Below are positions 43,467-52,658 of a stretch of 64,000 nt of DNA, in pieces. Below the pieces are notes generated by a model. The model had not been told where the DNA came from. It did not search any database and saw only the letters and a program-made list of their open reading frames with translations. Numbering within the stretch: the first letter of the stretch is position 1; the number at the start of each line of letters is the position of its first letter. A program made the position numbers and the translations under genes. This DNA is from Anaerolineales bacterium (lineage in GTDB: Bacteria; Chloroflexota; Anaerolineae; Anaerolineales; JABWBV01), in NCBI GenBank assembly GCA_035512695.1, contig DATKDL010000027.1, positions 21,357 through 85,356 on the forward strand, in the 5' to 3' direction.

Positions 43467-44606
43467 TTATCCGAACCAACCCTCCAATCTGGACCGTTCG
43501 AACGCCCACTTCTCTTCCATGAATTTCTCGCTGGGCGGGGTCAGCTCGGCCTGGGGGCCGCCCTCGGTCAGGAATTGCCCGCGGATCATGACGGCCTGTC
43601 CGCCGCCGATCTCGAGGAAGCAGCCGCCGTCGCCGTCGTACCGCACGGCCGGGGTCCGGCCTTCGATCCGGGCCGCGATCCGCTCGGCCGCAACCAGGCC
43701 GCCCCCTTCGGCGAATACCCCGGCCTTCGGCAGCGGATCCCCGTTTCCCATCAAGGCGACGGTGACGTCGCCGATGGCGTAAACGTTCGGGAAGGCGGTC
43801 TCCAGCGTGAATGGGTCCACCTTGATCCAGGGGGCTCCACCCGTCAGCCCGCTCTCGCGGACCACCGCCGGAGGCCTGTGCGGCGCAACGCCCAACAGCA
43901 GGTCGAATTCCAACGCCTCCCCGTTTTCGAAATGCACCGCCCCGGACTCGACCCGGGTCGCCGTGTGTTGGGTCAGGAACCGGATGCCCCGGTCCAGCAT
44001 GTAACGGTCCATCGACTCGCAGCCGGTCGCATCCAGCACCGGCAGCGAGACCGGCAGCGGGGTGAAGACGGTGATCTCGGCCGGGAGCGCCCGCTTCTTG
44101 AAGTGCTCCTGAAGCAGGATCGCCAGCTCATACGGCGCCGGGGGGCATTTGTACGGTTTCCCGAACACCCCGACCAGCACCCGTCCGCCTCCAAAAGCCT
44201 GCAGACGGGCTGCGTTCTTTTCGACCAGGTCCGGGTCGTAGACGCTCAAGGCGTGCTCGCGGAAACCGGGGATTGCGTCCGGGTCCAAATCAGCGCCTAG
44301 GGCGACGATCATCGCGTCGCCGTGGTAGGGATGGCCTCCGGCGGTCGCCGAGAGGCCCGCCGGATCGATCTCCTCGATCCGGGCCCGGACGAAATCGATC
44401 CCGAACTTCCGCAGGTCGACGAGCTTGCGCCGACCCTCCTCCGGCGTAGACTCACCGAGCAAGGCCAGGGTTTTGCGGAACCCGACCATAAATTCATCGC
44501 GCTTGTCGATCAGGGTGATGCGGTGCGGGTCGGGCAGCAGTTCGCGCAGCCGCCGGGCTGTCGGAACGCCCCCGAAACCCGCGCCGAGAATGAGGATGTG
44601 GGCCAT
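43467..44606 (-). CDS. FAD-dependent pyridine-nucleotide-disulfide oxidoreductase, sulfide:quinone oxidoreductase-like
   Basis: ILILGAGFGGV dinucleotide fold. Conserved-Cys contexts PYKCPPAPYE and GGCFLEIG. IGDV near the C-terminus. SQR versus NDH-2 is not resolved. Confidence 0.6.
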   Translation of the reverse strand: MAHILILGAGFGGVPTARRLRELLPDPHRITLIDKRDEFMVGFRKTLALLGESTPEEGRRKLVDLRKFGIDFVRARIEEIDPAGLSATAGGHPYHGDAMIVALGADLDPDAIPGFREHALSVYDPDLVEKNAARLQAFGGGRVLVGVFGKPYKCPPAPYELAILLQEHFKKRALPAEITVFTPLPVSLPVLDATGCESMDRYMLDRGIRFLTQHTATRVESGAVHFENGEALEFDLLLGVAPHRPPAVVRESGLTGGAPWIKVDPFTLETAFPNVYAIGDVTVALMGNGDPLPKAGVFAEGGGLVAAERIAARIEGRTPAVRYDGDGGCFLEIGGGQAVMIRGQFLTEGGPQAELTPPSEKFMEEKWAFERSRLEGWFG

Positions 44607-44615
44607 TTGGTTTCC

Positions 44616-45407
44616 TTATCCGTCTCTTTTAGATGCGACGATTAACAACCTGTGCAAACCGGTTTCGATAAATCCATTCGCCTCGATCTCGTCATGGATC
44701 CGGGCCAGCGCTTCGAAATGGGTATCCACGCTGAACCCGGGGATCTCCCAGGGCAGGGCTTTGAAATAGTAGACCACCGCACCGGCGTCAAAGATGCGGG
44801 TCTTCGTCACGCATTCCTGCGCCCGGAGAACGGTGAAACCGGCCGACCGGATCTCCTCAACGTCGCGCGCCAGGTTTAAACCCCGGTCTTCCTCCGGCCG
44901 CTCGCCGCCCAGCTTTTCGATCAGCTCGATATCATTCAGCCCACCGACCTGCTGGGTGACAAACTGCCCATCCGGGGCCGTGATCCGGAAGACCTCGGCC
45001 GGGTCATAGTACTCGTGCCGGTTGGCGACCAGTTCGAACTGCCCGTCTGCAAAAGGCAGCGCGGGGTCGTCCTCTTCGATCTCGAACACCAGGACCCCGA
45101 GGGGTTCGAGCCGCCTGCGGGCGATCAGGGCATTGGGCGGGTACGCCTCGGTCACGCAGGTGAATGGCGGGAATGGATGCAGGGTGGAGAAGAATTCTCC
45201 GCCCCCGGTGCCCATGTCCAGCAGCGATTTCGGCGGGTCGCCGCCGCGTAAAAGCTGGAACAGGATGCTCGGGTAGCTCCAGTCGAGCGGAGAGCCGGCG
45301 ATCCGGCCGGACAGGTAGGAGAAATCCCAGCCTTCGAACGGCTGCCTCTCCTCGGATTGCAGGAAAGACCGGAGGGTTTCACGGTTCATCTCCAGAGCTC
45401 CCACCAC
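44616..45407 (-). CDS. Class I SAM-dependent methyltransferase
   Basis: LLDMGTGGGEFF (motif I). Confidence 0.7.
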   Translation of the reverse strand: MVGALEMNRETLRSFLQSEERQPFEGWDFSYLSGRIAGSPLDWSYPSILFQLLRGGDPPKSLLDMGTGGGEFFSTLHPFPPFTCVTEAYPPNALIARRRLEPLGVLVFEIEEDDPALPFADGQFELVANRHEYYDPAEVFRITAPDGQFVTQQVGGLNDIELIEKLGGERPEEDRGLNLARDVEEIRSAGFTVLRAQECVTKTRIFDAGAVVYYFKALPWEIPGFSVDTHFEALARIHDEIEANGFIETGLHRLLIVASKRDG

Positions 45408-45970
45408 CGTTTCTCCCGGCCCAGGCCTGCCAGCTTGCGAGAGCTTTCAAAGAGGGGGCCGAGCAGCGGGTCTTCCCTTGCCTGCGGCTGCCAGGCGGGT
45501 CGCAGGAGGAGCGCCCGGTGGAGCCTGTCCGCCGCCGTGCGGGTATCGCCGGCCTTCGCAGCCAGCATTGCTCCGTAGTAGTTCGCCTCGATATTTTCGT
45601 GCTGCGCTGCCAGTGCAGTGTCGAAAGCCGTCGCAGCGCCTTCGAGGTCGTCGAGCAGCAGCCGGCATTGACCCAGGCTCGCCCAGGCCCGGTCGTGTCC
45701 GGAATCGTATGCGACGACGGCTTCGAAGGCCTCGGCGGCCTCGGCGTAGCGCTGCGCCTCGAAGTGCATCTCGCCGATCACCAGGTGGAGGGAAGCGTAA
45801 GCCGGGACCAGTTCGATCGCCTCCCGGTAGGCTCGGAAAGCGGCATCGGTCTGGCCGTTTGCGCGGGCGGCGTTTCCCTGTTGGACGAGGAGGTTGGCGC
45901 GTTCTTGAAAGCTCTTCAGATTTGGTCTCCGATGATAAAAAGCCCGAATGACCGTCCGCTCCGGGCGCAT
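45386..45970 (-). CDS. TPR-repeat protein
   Basis: Three to four 34-aa TPR units (AFRAYREAIELVPAYA..., YAEAAEAFEAVVAYDSGH..., ATAFDTALAAQHEN...). Overlaps the next gene by 22 nt. Confidence 0.7.
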   Translation of the reverse strand: MRPERTVIRAFYHRRPNLKSFQERANLLVQQGNAARANGQTDAAFRAYREAIELVPAYASLHLVIGEMHFEAQRYAEAAEAFEAVVAYDSGHDRAWASLGQCRLLLDDLEGAATAFDTALAAQHENIEANYYGAMLAAKAGDTRTAADRLHRALLLRPAWQPQAREDPLLGPLFESSRKLAGLGREKRWWELWR

Positions 45971-45988
45971 ACGCCCCGAGCAGGCGGG

Positions 45989-46936
45989 TCACTCGGGCTT
46001 TTCATAGCGTTTTACAGGTTCGCCGCGTTTGATCTGGAAGTGGTCGAAATCACGCGCGACGGTCGTGTTTGGAAAGACGGTCTTCGCTTCTTCGTAGACG
46101 TCGCGTTCGCGGTACCGGCGAGAGAGATGGGTCAGCAGCAAATGACCGACCCCCGCCTGGGCGGCCAGCCGGGCGGCCATTTGAGCGGTCATGTGCGCAA
46201 AATCGCGGGCCATCTCCGCCTCGGCCTCCAGGTAAGTCGACTCGATCACCAGGGCGTCGGCGTCGCGGCAGATTTCGACCAGCTCCTCCGTCCGGCCAAC
46301 GTCCCCGATGTGGACCAGCCGGGCGCCCTGGCGCGGTTCTCCCAGCACCTGGTCGGGCTGGATCGTGCGCCCGTCCGGGAGCCGGGCCGAAGCGCCGTCG
46401 ACGAGCTGCTTGCGCCAGGGGCCGGGAGGGATCTCAAGGGCTTTGGCCTGTTCGGGCAGGAACGGCCGGCGGGTCCGCTCCTGGAAGGCGAAGCCGTAGC
46501 AGTCCGGGCCGCGGTGGCGTACGGGGAAAGCGGTGACCGTGAAATCACCGTCATCGAAGATGACCCCGGGGCGGATCGCGGTCAGCCGCAGCGGGATCGG
46601 GGGTGGTTTTCCGCGCAGGACGACGCCATTGAGCAGGTCGTCGATCCGCTCGAGCGCCCAGGCGCCGGCCAGGACTTCGAGATCGTCCATCGCCTCCCAG
46701 CGCATCAGGGTGGAGAGCAGTCCGCCCAGCCCGAGGATGTGGTCCAGGTGGCCGTGGGTGATCAGGATGCGGTTGAGCCGCTTGAACCCGATCCCCGACT
46801 TGAGGATCTGCCGCTGCGTCCCCTCCCCGCAGTCGATCAGGAAGCGGTGCTCCCCCCGCATCACCACCTGCGCCGACAGCCCGCGGTGAATCGACGGCGC
46901 AGAAGCGGAAGTGCCTAAAAATACGATTTCGAACAA
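45989..46936 (-). CDS. rnz: Ribonuclease Z (tRNA 3' endonuclease)
   Basis: LGTSASAPS...ITHGHLDHILGLGGLL (HxHxDH) and the C-terminal LLLTHLS. TTG 46936 lies 7 nt after AAGGAG. Confidence 0.85.
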   Translation of the reverse strand: MFEIVFLGTSASAPSIHRGLSAQVVMRGEHRFLIDCGEGTQRQILKSGIGFKRLNRILITHGHLDHILGLGGLLSTLMRWEAMDDLEVLAGAWALERIDDLLNGVVLRGKPPPIPLRLTAIRPGVIFDDGDFTVTAFPVRHRGPDCYGFAFQERTRRPFLPEQAKALEIPPGPWRKQLVDGASARLPDGRTIQPDQVLGEPRQGARLVHIGDVGRTEELVEICRDADALVIESTYLEAEAEMARDFAHMTAQMAARLAAQAGVGHLLLTHLSRRYRERDVYEEAKTVFPNTTVARDFDHFQIKRGEPVKRYEKPE

Positions 46937-46981
46937 GCTCTTTCTCCTTTGGCATGGATTGTACCCCACCGAGAGGAAAGG

Positions 46982-47038
46982 CAGAAAATGGGGTGAACCG
47001 GCGCTGGCTCTGCCAGCGCCGGTTCACCCCATTTTCTG
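46982..47038. repeat. Perfect 26-bp palindrome between divergent rnz and ftsK promoters
   Basis: CAGAAAATGGGGTGAACCGGCGCTGG-ctctg-CCAGCGCCGGTTCACCCCATTTTCTG. The rnz -10 (TACAAT, minus strand, 46958-63) and the ftsK -10 (47062-67) flank it. Confidence 0.85.
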
Positions 47039-47058
47039 AAGATAAACCAGACCATTTG

Positions 47059-47067
47059 TGCTATACT
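47059..47067 (+). promoter_or_regulatory. Extended -10 (TGcTATACT) 6 nt upstream of the ftsK ATG
   Basis: TGCTATACT-cgcacc-ATG(47074), with no SD. Confidence 0.45.
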
Positions 47068-47073
47068 CGCACC

Positions 47074-49467
47074 ATGCCAGCCAAAAAACCGGCGAAACCG
47101 AAACCCAGGGTCCCTGCACGCGCGAAGAAGCCTGCGAAGGCGCAGTCGGCGCGGCGGGGGGGGGCGAGCGGGAAGCCGGCGGCAAAAGGACAGGGAAAGG
47201 GGACGGCGGTCCGGACCGGTAGCGGAAGCAAGGCGCGCGGCGGGAAGGGGAGCACCGGAGCGGCGCGGAAAGCGCCATCTGCGCCTCCGTCGCTGGTAGC
47301 GCCGCTTTCGCTTGACCGGAAGCTGGATATTTTAGGCGTTGGCATGGCGCTGGCCGGGCTGCTTTTGCTGCTCAGCCTGATCTCCGCCAACCGGAACACC
47401 CTGTTCGAAGCGGTCTTCAATCTGCTCGCGCGCGGGATGGGCCTGGGCGGGTACCTGCTCCCGATCGTCCTGGTCGGCCTGGGACTGTGGCTGATCCTGC
47501 GCAACTTCGACCGCGTCCCGAGCTTCGACCCCGAGCGGGTGACCGGGGTGACCCTGCTGTTTTTCAATTTCATCACCAGCCTGCATTTCTTCGCCTTTCC
47601 GGCCGACCGGGCGGCGGCGTTTGCGCTGGCCCAGGCCGGGCGGGGCGGGGGGTACGTCGGGGCATTTATCAGCGAAGGCCTGGTCGGATTCCTGGGGCTG
47701 TGGGGGGCCGTCATCGCCTTGTTCGCCTGGCTGCTGGTGGGAATGGCCTTCACCCTGGACGTCACCGTAGCGGACCTGTTCCGCTGGGTCCCACCGCTGG
47801 CGGTTGCGGCCCGCGCTCGGATCGCCCCGCTCATCCGCAGCCGGCTCGCGCGACCGCCGGCCTCCATCGAATCCCCGGCGGGTCTTCCGTTGGCGCCCCC
47901 CGATGCCGGCGGCGAGACCCTGACCGCGGCGGCGGCGGAGGGCGGGTTGCGCTTCGACGCCCCCGATATGCAGCCGGAATGGGTCCTGCCCGCCCTCGAC
48001 CAGGTCTTCGACCAGGGGCAGGATATCGTCCACAGCGACGAGTATGACCGGATGAACGCCCGTGTGATCGAAGATACCCTGGCGTCGTTCGGCGCCCCCG
48101 CGAAAGTCGTCGAGATCCGTCACGGGCCCGCGATCACGATGTTCGGGGTCGAGCCGGATTTTATCGAAAGCCGGGCGGGGAAGACCCGCGTGCGGGTCAG
48201 CAAGATCGCCAACCTGGCGGACGACCTGGCGCTGGCGCTGGCCGCTTCCACGATCCGTATCCAGGCTCCCGTCCCCGGGGAGGGCTATATCGGGATCGAG
48301 GTCCCGAACGAAAGCATTTCCCTTGTGGCGCTCCGGGATGTGATCGAAAGCGAGAATTTCAAGCGCATGCCGCCCCCTTTGCGCTTTGGCCTCGGGCAGG
48401 ACGTTTCGGGGACCCCGGTGGCTGCCAACCTGGCCGCGATGCCGCACCTCCTCATCGCCGGCGCGACCGGGTCCGGTAAGTCGGTCTGCGTCAACGCCGT
48501 CATCTGCTGCCTGCTGGCGCACAACAGCCCGGACGACCTGCGGATGATCATGGTCGACCCCAAGCGGGTCGAGCTGACCAATTACAACGGCATCCCGCAC
48601 CTTCTGGCCCCTGTCGTGGTGGAGATGGAGCGGGTCGTCGGCGCGCTGCAGTGGGTCACCCGCGAGATGGATGCCCGCTACCAGAAATTCCACGACTCGC
48701 GCACCCGCAACATCATCGAGTACAACCGGATGATCGCAGCCCAGGGCGGGAAAAAGCTGCCTTACATGGTCGTCATCATCGATGAGCTGGCCGACCTGAT
48801 GCTGCTGGCCCCCGACCAGAGCGAGAAGGCGATCACCCGCCTGGCGCAGCTGGCCCGGGCGACGGGGATCCACCTGATCCTCGCCACCCAGCGGCCGTCC
48901 GTTGACGTGGTCACCGGTCTGATCAAGGCCAACTTCCCGGCCCGGATCGCGTTTGCGGTCTCGTCCGGGGTCGACAGCCGGGTGATTCTGGACCAGCCCG
49001 GCGCAGACCGGCTGCTCGGCCGCGGCGACATGCTCTTCCAGGCCCCCGACGCCCCGGCGCCGGTGCGGCTGCAAGGCGTCTTCGTCTCGGACCTGGAGAT
49101 CAACCAGCTGGTCCAGTTCTGGCGGATGCAGACCCTCCGCCACGCCGACGCTTCGACCCTGCACAGCAGCCGCGCGGCCGACATTCCGGCCGCCGGCATC
49201 CCGTTGAAGCAGAAACCGATCTGGGAAGAGGGTCAGGAGGAGGCCGACAAGGACCCGGTGTACGACGAGGCCGTCGACTTGATCCGGCGGCAGGGACGGG
49301 CTTCGGTGTCCATGCTCCAGCGCCGGATGCGGATCGGCTACACCCGGGCGGCCAGGCTGATCGAGACGATGGAGGATAAAGGCATCATCGGCCCACCGGA
49401 GGGCGGCGCGCAGACGCGGGAGGTGCTGGACTACGGCCCAGCCGCGCCGCCGGCCGGGGAGAATTAG
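47074..49467 (+). CDS. ftsK: DNA translocase FtsK/SpoIIIE
   Basis: Basic K/P/A-rich N-terminus, 4 TM helices and a linker. Motor domain with Walker A GATGSGKS and Walker B VIIDELAD. C-terminal winged-helix gamma domain (SVSMLQRRMRIGYTRAARLIE). Confidence 0.93.
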   Translation: MPAKKPAKPKPRVPARAKKPAKAQSARRGGASGKPAAKGQGKGTAVRTGSGSKARGGKGSTGAARKAPSAPPSLVAPLSLDRKLDILGVGMALAGLLLLLSLISANRNTLFEAVFNLLARGMGLGGYLLPIVLVGLGLWLILRNFDRVPSFDPERVTGVTLLFFNFITSLHFFAFPADRAAAFALAQAGRGGGYVGAFISEGLVGFLGLWGAVIALFAWLLVGMAFTLDVTVADLFRWVPPLAVAARARIAPLIRSRLARPPASIESPAGLPLAPPDAGGETLTAAAAEGGLRFDAPDMQPEWVLPALDQVFDQGQDIVHSDEYDRMNARVIEDTLASFGAPAKVVEIRHGPAITMFGVEPDFIESRAGKTRVRVSKIANLADDLALALAASTIRIQAPVPGEGYIGIEVPNESISLVALRDVIESENFKRMPPPLRFGLGQDVSGTPVAANLAAMPHLLIAGATGSGKSVCVNAVICCLLAHNSPDDLRMIMVDPKRVELTNYNGIPHLLAPVVVEMERVVGALQWVTREMDARYQKFHDSRTRNIIEYNRMIAAQGGKKLPYMVVIIDELADLMLLAPDQSEKAITRLAQLARATGIHLILATQRPSVDVVTGLIKANFPARIAFAVSSGVDSRVILDQPGADRLLGRGDMLFQAPDAPAPVRLQGVFVSDLEINQLVQFWRMQTLRHADASTLHSSRAADIPAAGIPLKQKPIWEEGQEEADKDPVYDEAVDLIRRQGRASVSMLQRRMRIGYTRAARLIETMEDKGIIGPPEGGAQTREVLDYGPAAPPAGEN

Positions 49468-49491
49468 CTTTTCCCCCTTATAATTTCCTGA

Positions 49492-50358
49492 ATGAATACC
49501 GAGACCAGCGCACCCGTCAAAGACGACGATGATTCACCCATAAAGGTCTGGCGCTCGCGGTTCCGGGAGGACTTCCAGTTCGTGCCCGGCATCTGGCTGC
49601 CCGGGCTGGCGGGGTCGCTGGGTGCTTGCGTTCACCAGTTCACGATCAAGCTGCCGCGGCGGCTGTATTTTTGGGGGCGGGGATTGGTCACGGGGCCAAA
49701 AGTGGTCCCCGGGCCGCTACAGGCGCCGGAGGAGGTCCCGCAACCGCCGGTCCTCCGCCGGACCGGGCGTTGGCTGGTGTTTGCCTTCCTGCGGACCTTC
49801 GACCTGGTCAGCGGCGGGGAGCTGATCAATTTTGTCGAGCACCTGGCCAAGCCCAACACCCGCAGGCTGACCGAGACCGAGATCGCCGAGGCGAAGCGGG
49901 TGTTCGGGGACGGCCTGCCTTATGGCCGGGTCCGGATCGACGAATGGTCGCTGATCGCCCACTACGGGGCCTGGGATTACCGCCGCAGGCGGAAGAAGCA
50001 GGCCAAAGACATGGCGATGACGATCTACAACACGGTCCATTTCTCCCGCCGCCTCAACACCGGACCGGGGGAGAGCGACATGGACTGGCTTGTCCACGAA
50101 CTCACCCACATCGCCCAGCACGAGCACGCCGGCGGGGTGTTCATGGCCGAATCCCTGATCGCCCAGGGCGGCCAGGGCTACGACTACGGCGGCCCCGATG
50201 CGCTGGCCGGCCGGGATTTTGCCGATTTCAACCGCGAACAGCAGGGCGACATCGCCAAAGACTATTACAGGATCCTGACGAACGATAAGACCGTGACCGA
50301 TCCGGAACGGGCGGAGTATGAGCGGGTGATCGATCAGTTACGGTCTGGCAATATATGA
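49492..50358 (+). CDS. DUF4157-like (eCIS-core-domain-like) HExxH protein
   Basis: TATAAT at 49479-84 lies 7 nt before the ATG. AKRVFGDGLPYGRVRIDE...TIYNTVHFSRR...DWLVHELTHIAQHEH resembles the DUF4157 zincin-like pattern. Confidence 0.55.
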   Translation: MNTETSAPVKDDDDSPIKVWRSRFREDFQFVPGIWLPGLAGSLGACVHQFTIKLPRRLYFWGRGLVTGPKVVPGPLQAPEEVPQPPVLRRTGRWLVFAFLRTFDLVSGGELINFVEHLAKPNTRRLTETEIAEAKRVFGDGLPYGRVRIDEWSLIAHYGAWDYRRRRKKQAKDMAMTIYNTVHFSRRLNTGPGESDMDWLVHELTHIAQHEHAGGVFMAESLIAQGGQGYDYGGPDALAGRDFADFNREQQGDIAKDYYRILTNDKTVTDPERAEYERVIDQLRSGNI

Positions 50359-50410
50359 AAATTGCAAGGGCGGCGCAGGGCGTAGCCCTGCGCCGCCCTT
50401 GCAATTTTCA
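50356..50410 (+). terminator. Perfect 26-bp hairpin overlapping the stop codon
   Basis: TGAAAATTGCAAGGGCGGCGCAGGGC-gta-GCCCTGCGCCGCCCTTGCAATTTTCA. Confidence 0.75.
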
Positions 50411-50436
50411 ACACACTGTAAAATGGAGTCAGAAAT

Positions 50437-50694
50437 ATGGCGTGTGAGCATGTCGACCAGATCAAAGAAGATCTCCAACCGAATACCGAAGGCTGCGAAG
50501 CGTGCCTGCGGGACGGGAACTGGTGGGTCCGGCTGCGGATGTGCCTGGTCTGTGGGCACGTCGGCTGCTGCGACAGCTCCCCGAACCGGCATGCCAGGAG
50601 ACATTTCGAGGAAACGAGCCACCCGGTGATCCGTTCGTTCGAGCCGAACCAGGAGGGGATGCGCTGGTGTTTTATCGATGAGACCCCTGTTTAA
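50437..50694 (+). CDS. Stand-alone UBP-type zinc-finger protein (85 aa)
   Basis: CEHV...CEAC...WVRLRMCLVCGHVGCCDSSPNRHARRHFEETSHP is the zf-UBP Cys/His pattern. Confidence 0.8.
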   Translation: MACEHVDQIKEDLQPNTEGCEACLRDGNWWVRLRMCLVCGHVGCCDSSPNRHARRHFEETSHPVIRSFEPNQEGMRWCFIDETPV

Positions 50695-51143
50695 TGGAAC
50701 CTGATTTGCGCATCCAGCTGGTCAAAGACGAATACAGCATGCTGCAGGGGTTCTACGAGGACATCGACAACCGCTGCATCACGATCAAGGGCTGGTCGAT
50801 CACGGCCGGGCTGGCGGCGATCGGGGCGGGCTTCGTGTATTCGGAACTGCTCTTCCTGGCGGCCGCGGCGTCGTCGTACCTGTTCTGGTACCTGGAGGGC
50901 TACTGGCGGGGGCTGTCCTTCTTCTTTTCCCGGCGGATCCTGGAGATCGAAGCCGCCATCCGGGAGGGGGACTGGGAGGGCTTTGTGCCGCTCCAGGTCT
51001 ACGAGAGCTGGGACCGGAATTTCAGGGTGCACGGGAAGCAGACCCGGCGCTATATGCTGAAAGAGCAGAGCCTGATGCCGCACCTGTTCATCATCGGGGC
51101 CGCCGTGTTGCTGTACGTGTTGAGGTGGGTGGGGGTCATATAA
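50694..51143 (+). CDS. Three-TM membrane protein translationally coupled to the zf-UBP gene (hypothetical)
   Basis: TAATG overlap at 50692-50696. A TM hairpin (WSITAGLAAIGAGFVY / LLFLAAAASSYLFWYL), a ~60-aa soluble insert, then a C-terminal TM helix. Confidence 0.6.
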   Translation: MEPDLRIQLVKDEYSMLQGFYEDIDNRCITIKGWSITAGLAAIGAGFVYSELLFLAAAASSYLFWYLEGYWRGLSFFFSRRILEIEAAIREGDWEGFVPLQVYESWDRNFRVHGKQTRRYMLKEQSLMPHLFIIGAAVLLYVLRWVGVI

Positions 51144-51295
51144 AATCGGCGACCCACCGGATCGCCTATACAGAGCAGATTCAAAACTTAGCCATGCTTG
51201 TCTTTGATCTCAAATTACCGAAAATTGAATCTACTGGTACCGATTGTTTTGCAATAATAATCTCATAAAAATAAAATTCGCAATAAATATTGCAA

Positions 51296-52525
51296 TTAAT
51301 CCGCCTGGGCGAGCACCTTCTGAGGTCCGGTCCCCGGCGCATTCCGCAGCACGGCGACCGCCGGCGGGATCGCCAGCAGGCCGACCGCTGCGGCGACCCA
51401 GAAGGGCGCAGCCGGTGAGAGGGTGAACAGCGTCCCACCGATCCCCGTCCCGGCGATGATCGCCAGGCTGACAACCGATTGGTGGACCCCCAGCACCCCG
51501 CCGCGCAGCTCGTCCTCGACCGTGTTCGTCGCCATCGACTGCAGCGGCGGCATCATGACTCCCACTCCCAGCGGAAGCAAGACCGAACCCGCGTAGGCGA
51601 CCGACGGCACCCGCGCGACAGCAAACAGGACGGAGGCGACGATCCGCACCAGGTTGCCGCCAAAGACGAGGACGGGTTCGGAGATCCGTTTCAGGAGCCG
51701 AGGCAGCAGGGTGGACTGGACCAGGAACTGGGTCAGGCCAATCGTGGCCAGCATAAAGCCGATGCTCCGCAGCACGACAGCCTCCGGTTCACCGGCGTAG
51801 ATCACGGCGTTCCCCCACAGCGCAAACGTCGAGTGGACGATCCCCATTCCAAACTGCGCGAAGAACGTGACGAGGAGGATCCGGACCAGGGCCCGGTTCC
51901 GGAGTACCTGCCGTGGGGCCAGGCTCACCGAGCGGTAGACCCGGTTGGACTGCTTCTGCTCCGGCGTGAGCGATTCGTCCAGGAACAGGACGGTCAGGGC
52001 GAGGGTCAGCGCGGCCAGCCCGGCGGCGATAAAGAACGGGATGCGGGGCCCGAAGCGGGCTGAGAGCTCTCCACCCAGTGCCGGGCCGATGACGAACCCC
52101 AGCCCAAAGATGGCGAAGATGTAACCCAGCGTCTGGGTGCGTTTCTCGCGCGGCGTCACGTCGGTCATATACGCCTGGGCCACGATGATGTTGCCGCCCG
52201 TGATCCCGTCGATCACCCGTGCGACGAGGAGCAGCCAGGCCGTGTTCGCCAGCCCGATCATGACGAAGCTGGCTACCGTCCCGATCTGGCTGACAATGAG
52301 GATCGGCAAACGACCGTAGCGGTCGGACAACCGGCCCAGGACCGGCCCGGCGAAAAGCTGCGCTACGAAGAACGACGAGATGATCGGCGTGATGAGCGCT
52401 TCGGGCAGGTTGAACGTGCCCAGCGCATACAGCGGCAGGATCGGCAGGATCATCGCCGCGCCGACCATGTTGACGAAGACGATGGCGAGGATGGTGATAA
52501 GACGGCGGTTGTAGGTTGTTGGCAT
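51296..52525 (-). CDS. MFS transporter (12 TM)
   Basis: Starts at MPTTYNRRLI (52525). MFS motif A-like GRLSDRYGRLP. 12 hydrophobic helices. Confidence 0.85.
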   Translation of the reverse strand: MPTTYNRRLITILAIVFVNMVGAAMILPILPLYALGTFNLPEALITPIISSFFVAQLFAGPVLGRLSDRYGRLPILIVSQIGTVASFVMIGLANTAWLLLVARVIDGITGGNIIVAQAYMTDVTPREKRTQTLGYIFAIFGLGFVIGPALGGELSARFGPRIPFFIAAGLAALTLALTVLFLDESLTPEQKQSNRVYRSVSLAPRQVLRNRALVRILLVTFFAQFGMGIVHSTFALWGNAVIYAGEPEAVVLRSIGFMLATIGLTQFLVQSTLLPRLLKRISEPVLVFGGNLVRIVASVLFAVARVPSVAYAGSVLLPLGVGVMMPPLQSMATNTVEDELRGGVLGVHQSVVSLAIIAGTGIGGTLFTLSPAAPFWVAAAVGLLAIPPAVAVLRNAPGTGPQKVLAQAD

Positions 52526-52533
52526 TATCCACA

Positions 52534-52590
52534 CCCAAAACAAAGGTCAGCGGGCAGGGCGCAGCCCCGCCCGCTGACCTTTGTTTTGGG
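52534..52590 (-). other. Long hairpin (22 + 4 bp) abutting the MFS ribosome-binding region
   Basis: CCCAAAACAAAGGTCAGCGGGC..GCCCGCTGACCTTTGTTTTGGG ends 8 nt from the ATG. A TAAAAT -10 (minus strand, 52592-97) lies just upstream, so the hairpin would form the 5' end of the mRNA. Confidence 0.6.
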
Positions 52591-52658
52591 TATTTTATCG
52601 CGAATTGAGCTGTTCTTTGAGCGTGCGAGGGAGACTTGAAACGACGAGTCAGCGAAAA

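Noticed and set aside
45164-46918. 584-aa plus-strand ORF opposite the TPR and rnz genes
   Set aside because: This is an antisense shadow with R/G/P/A-rich composition. The minus-strand frames carry TPR and HxHxDH motifs.
47332-49164. 610-aa minus-strand ORF opposite ftsK
   Set aside because: This is an antisense shadow of a gene with clear FtsK motor motifs.
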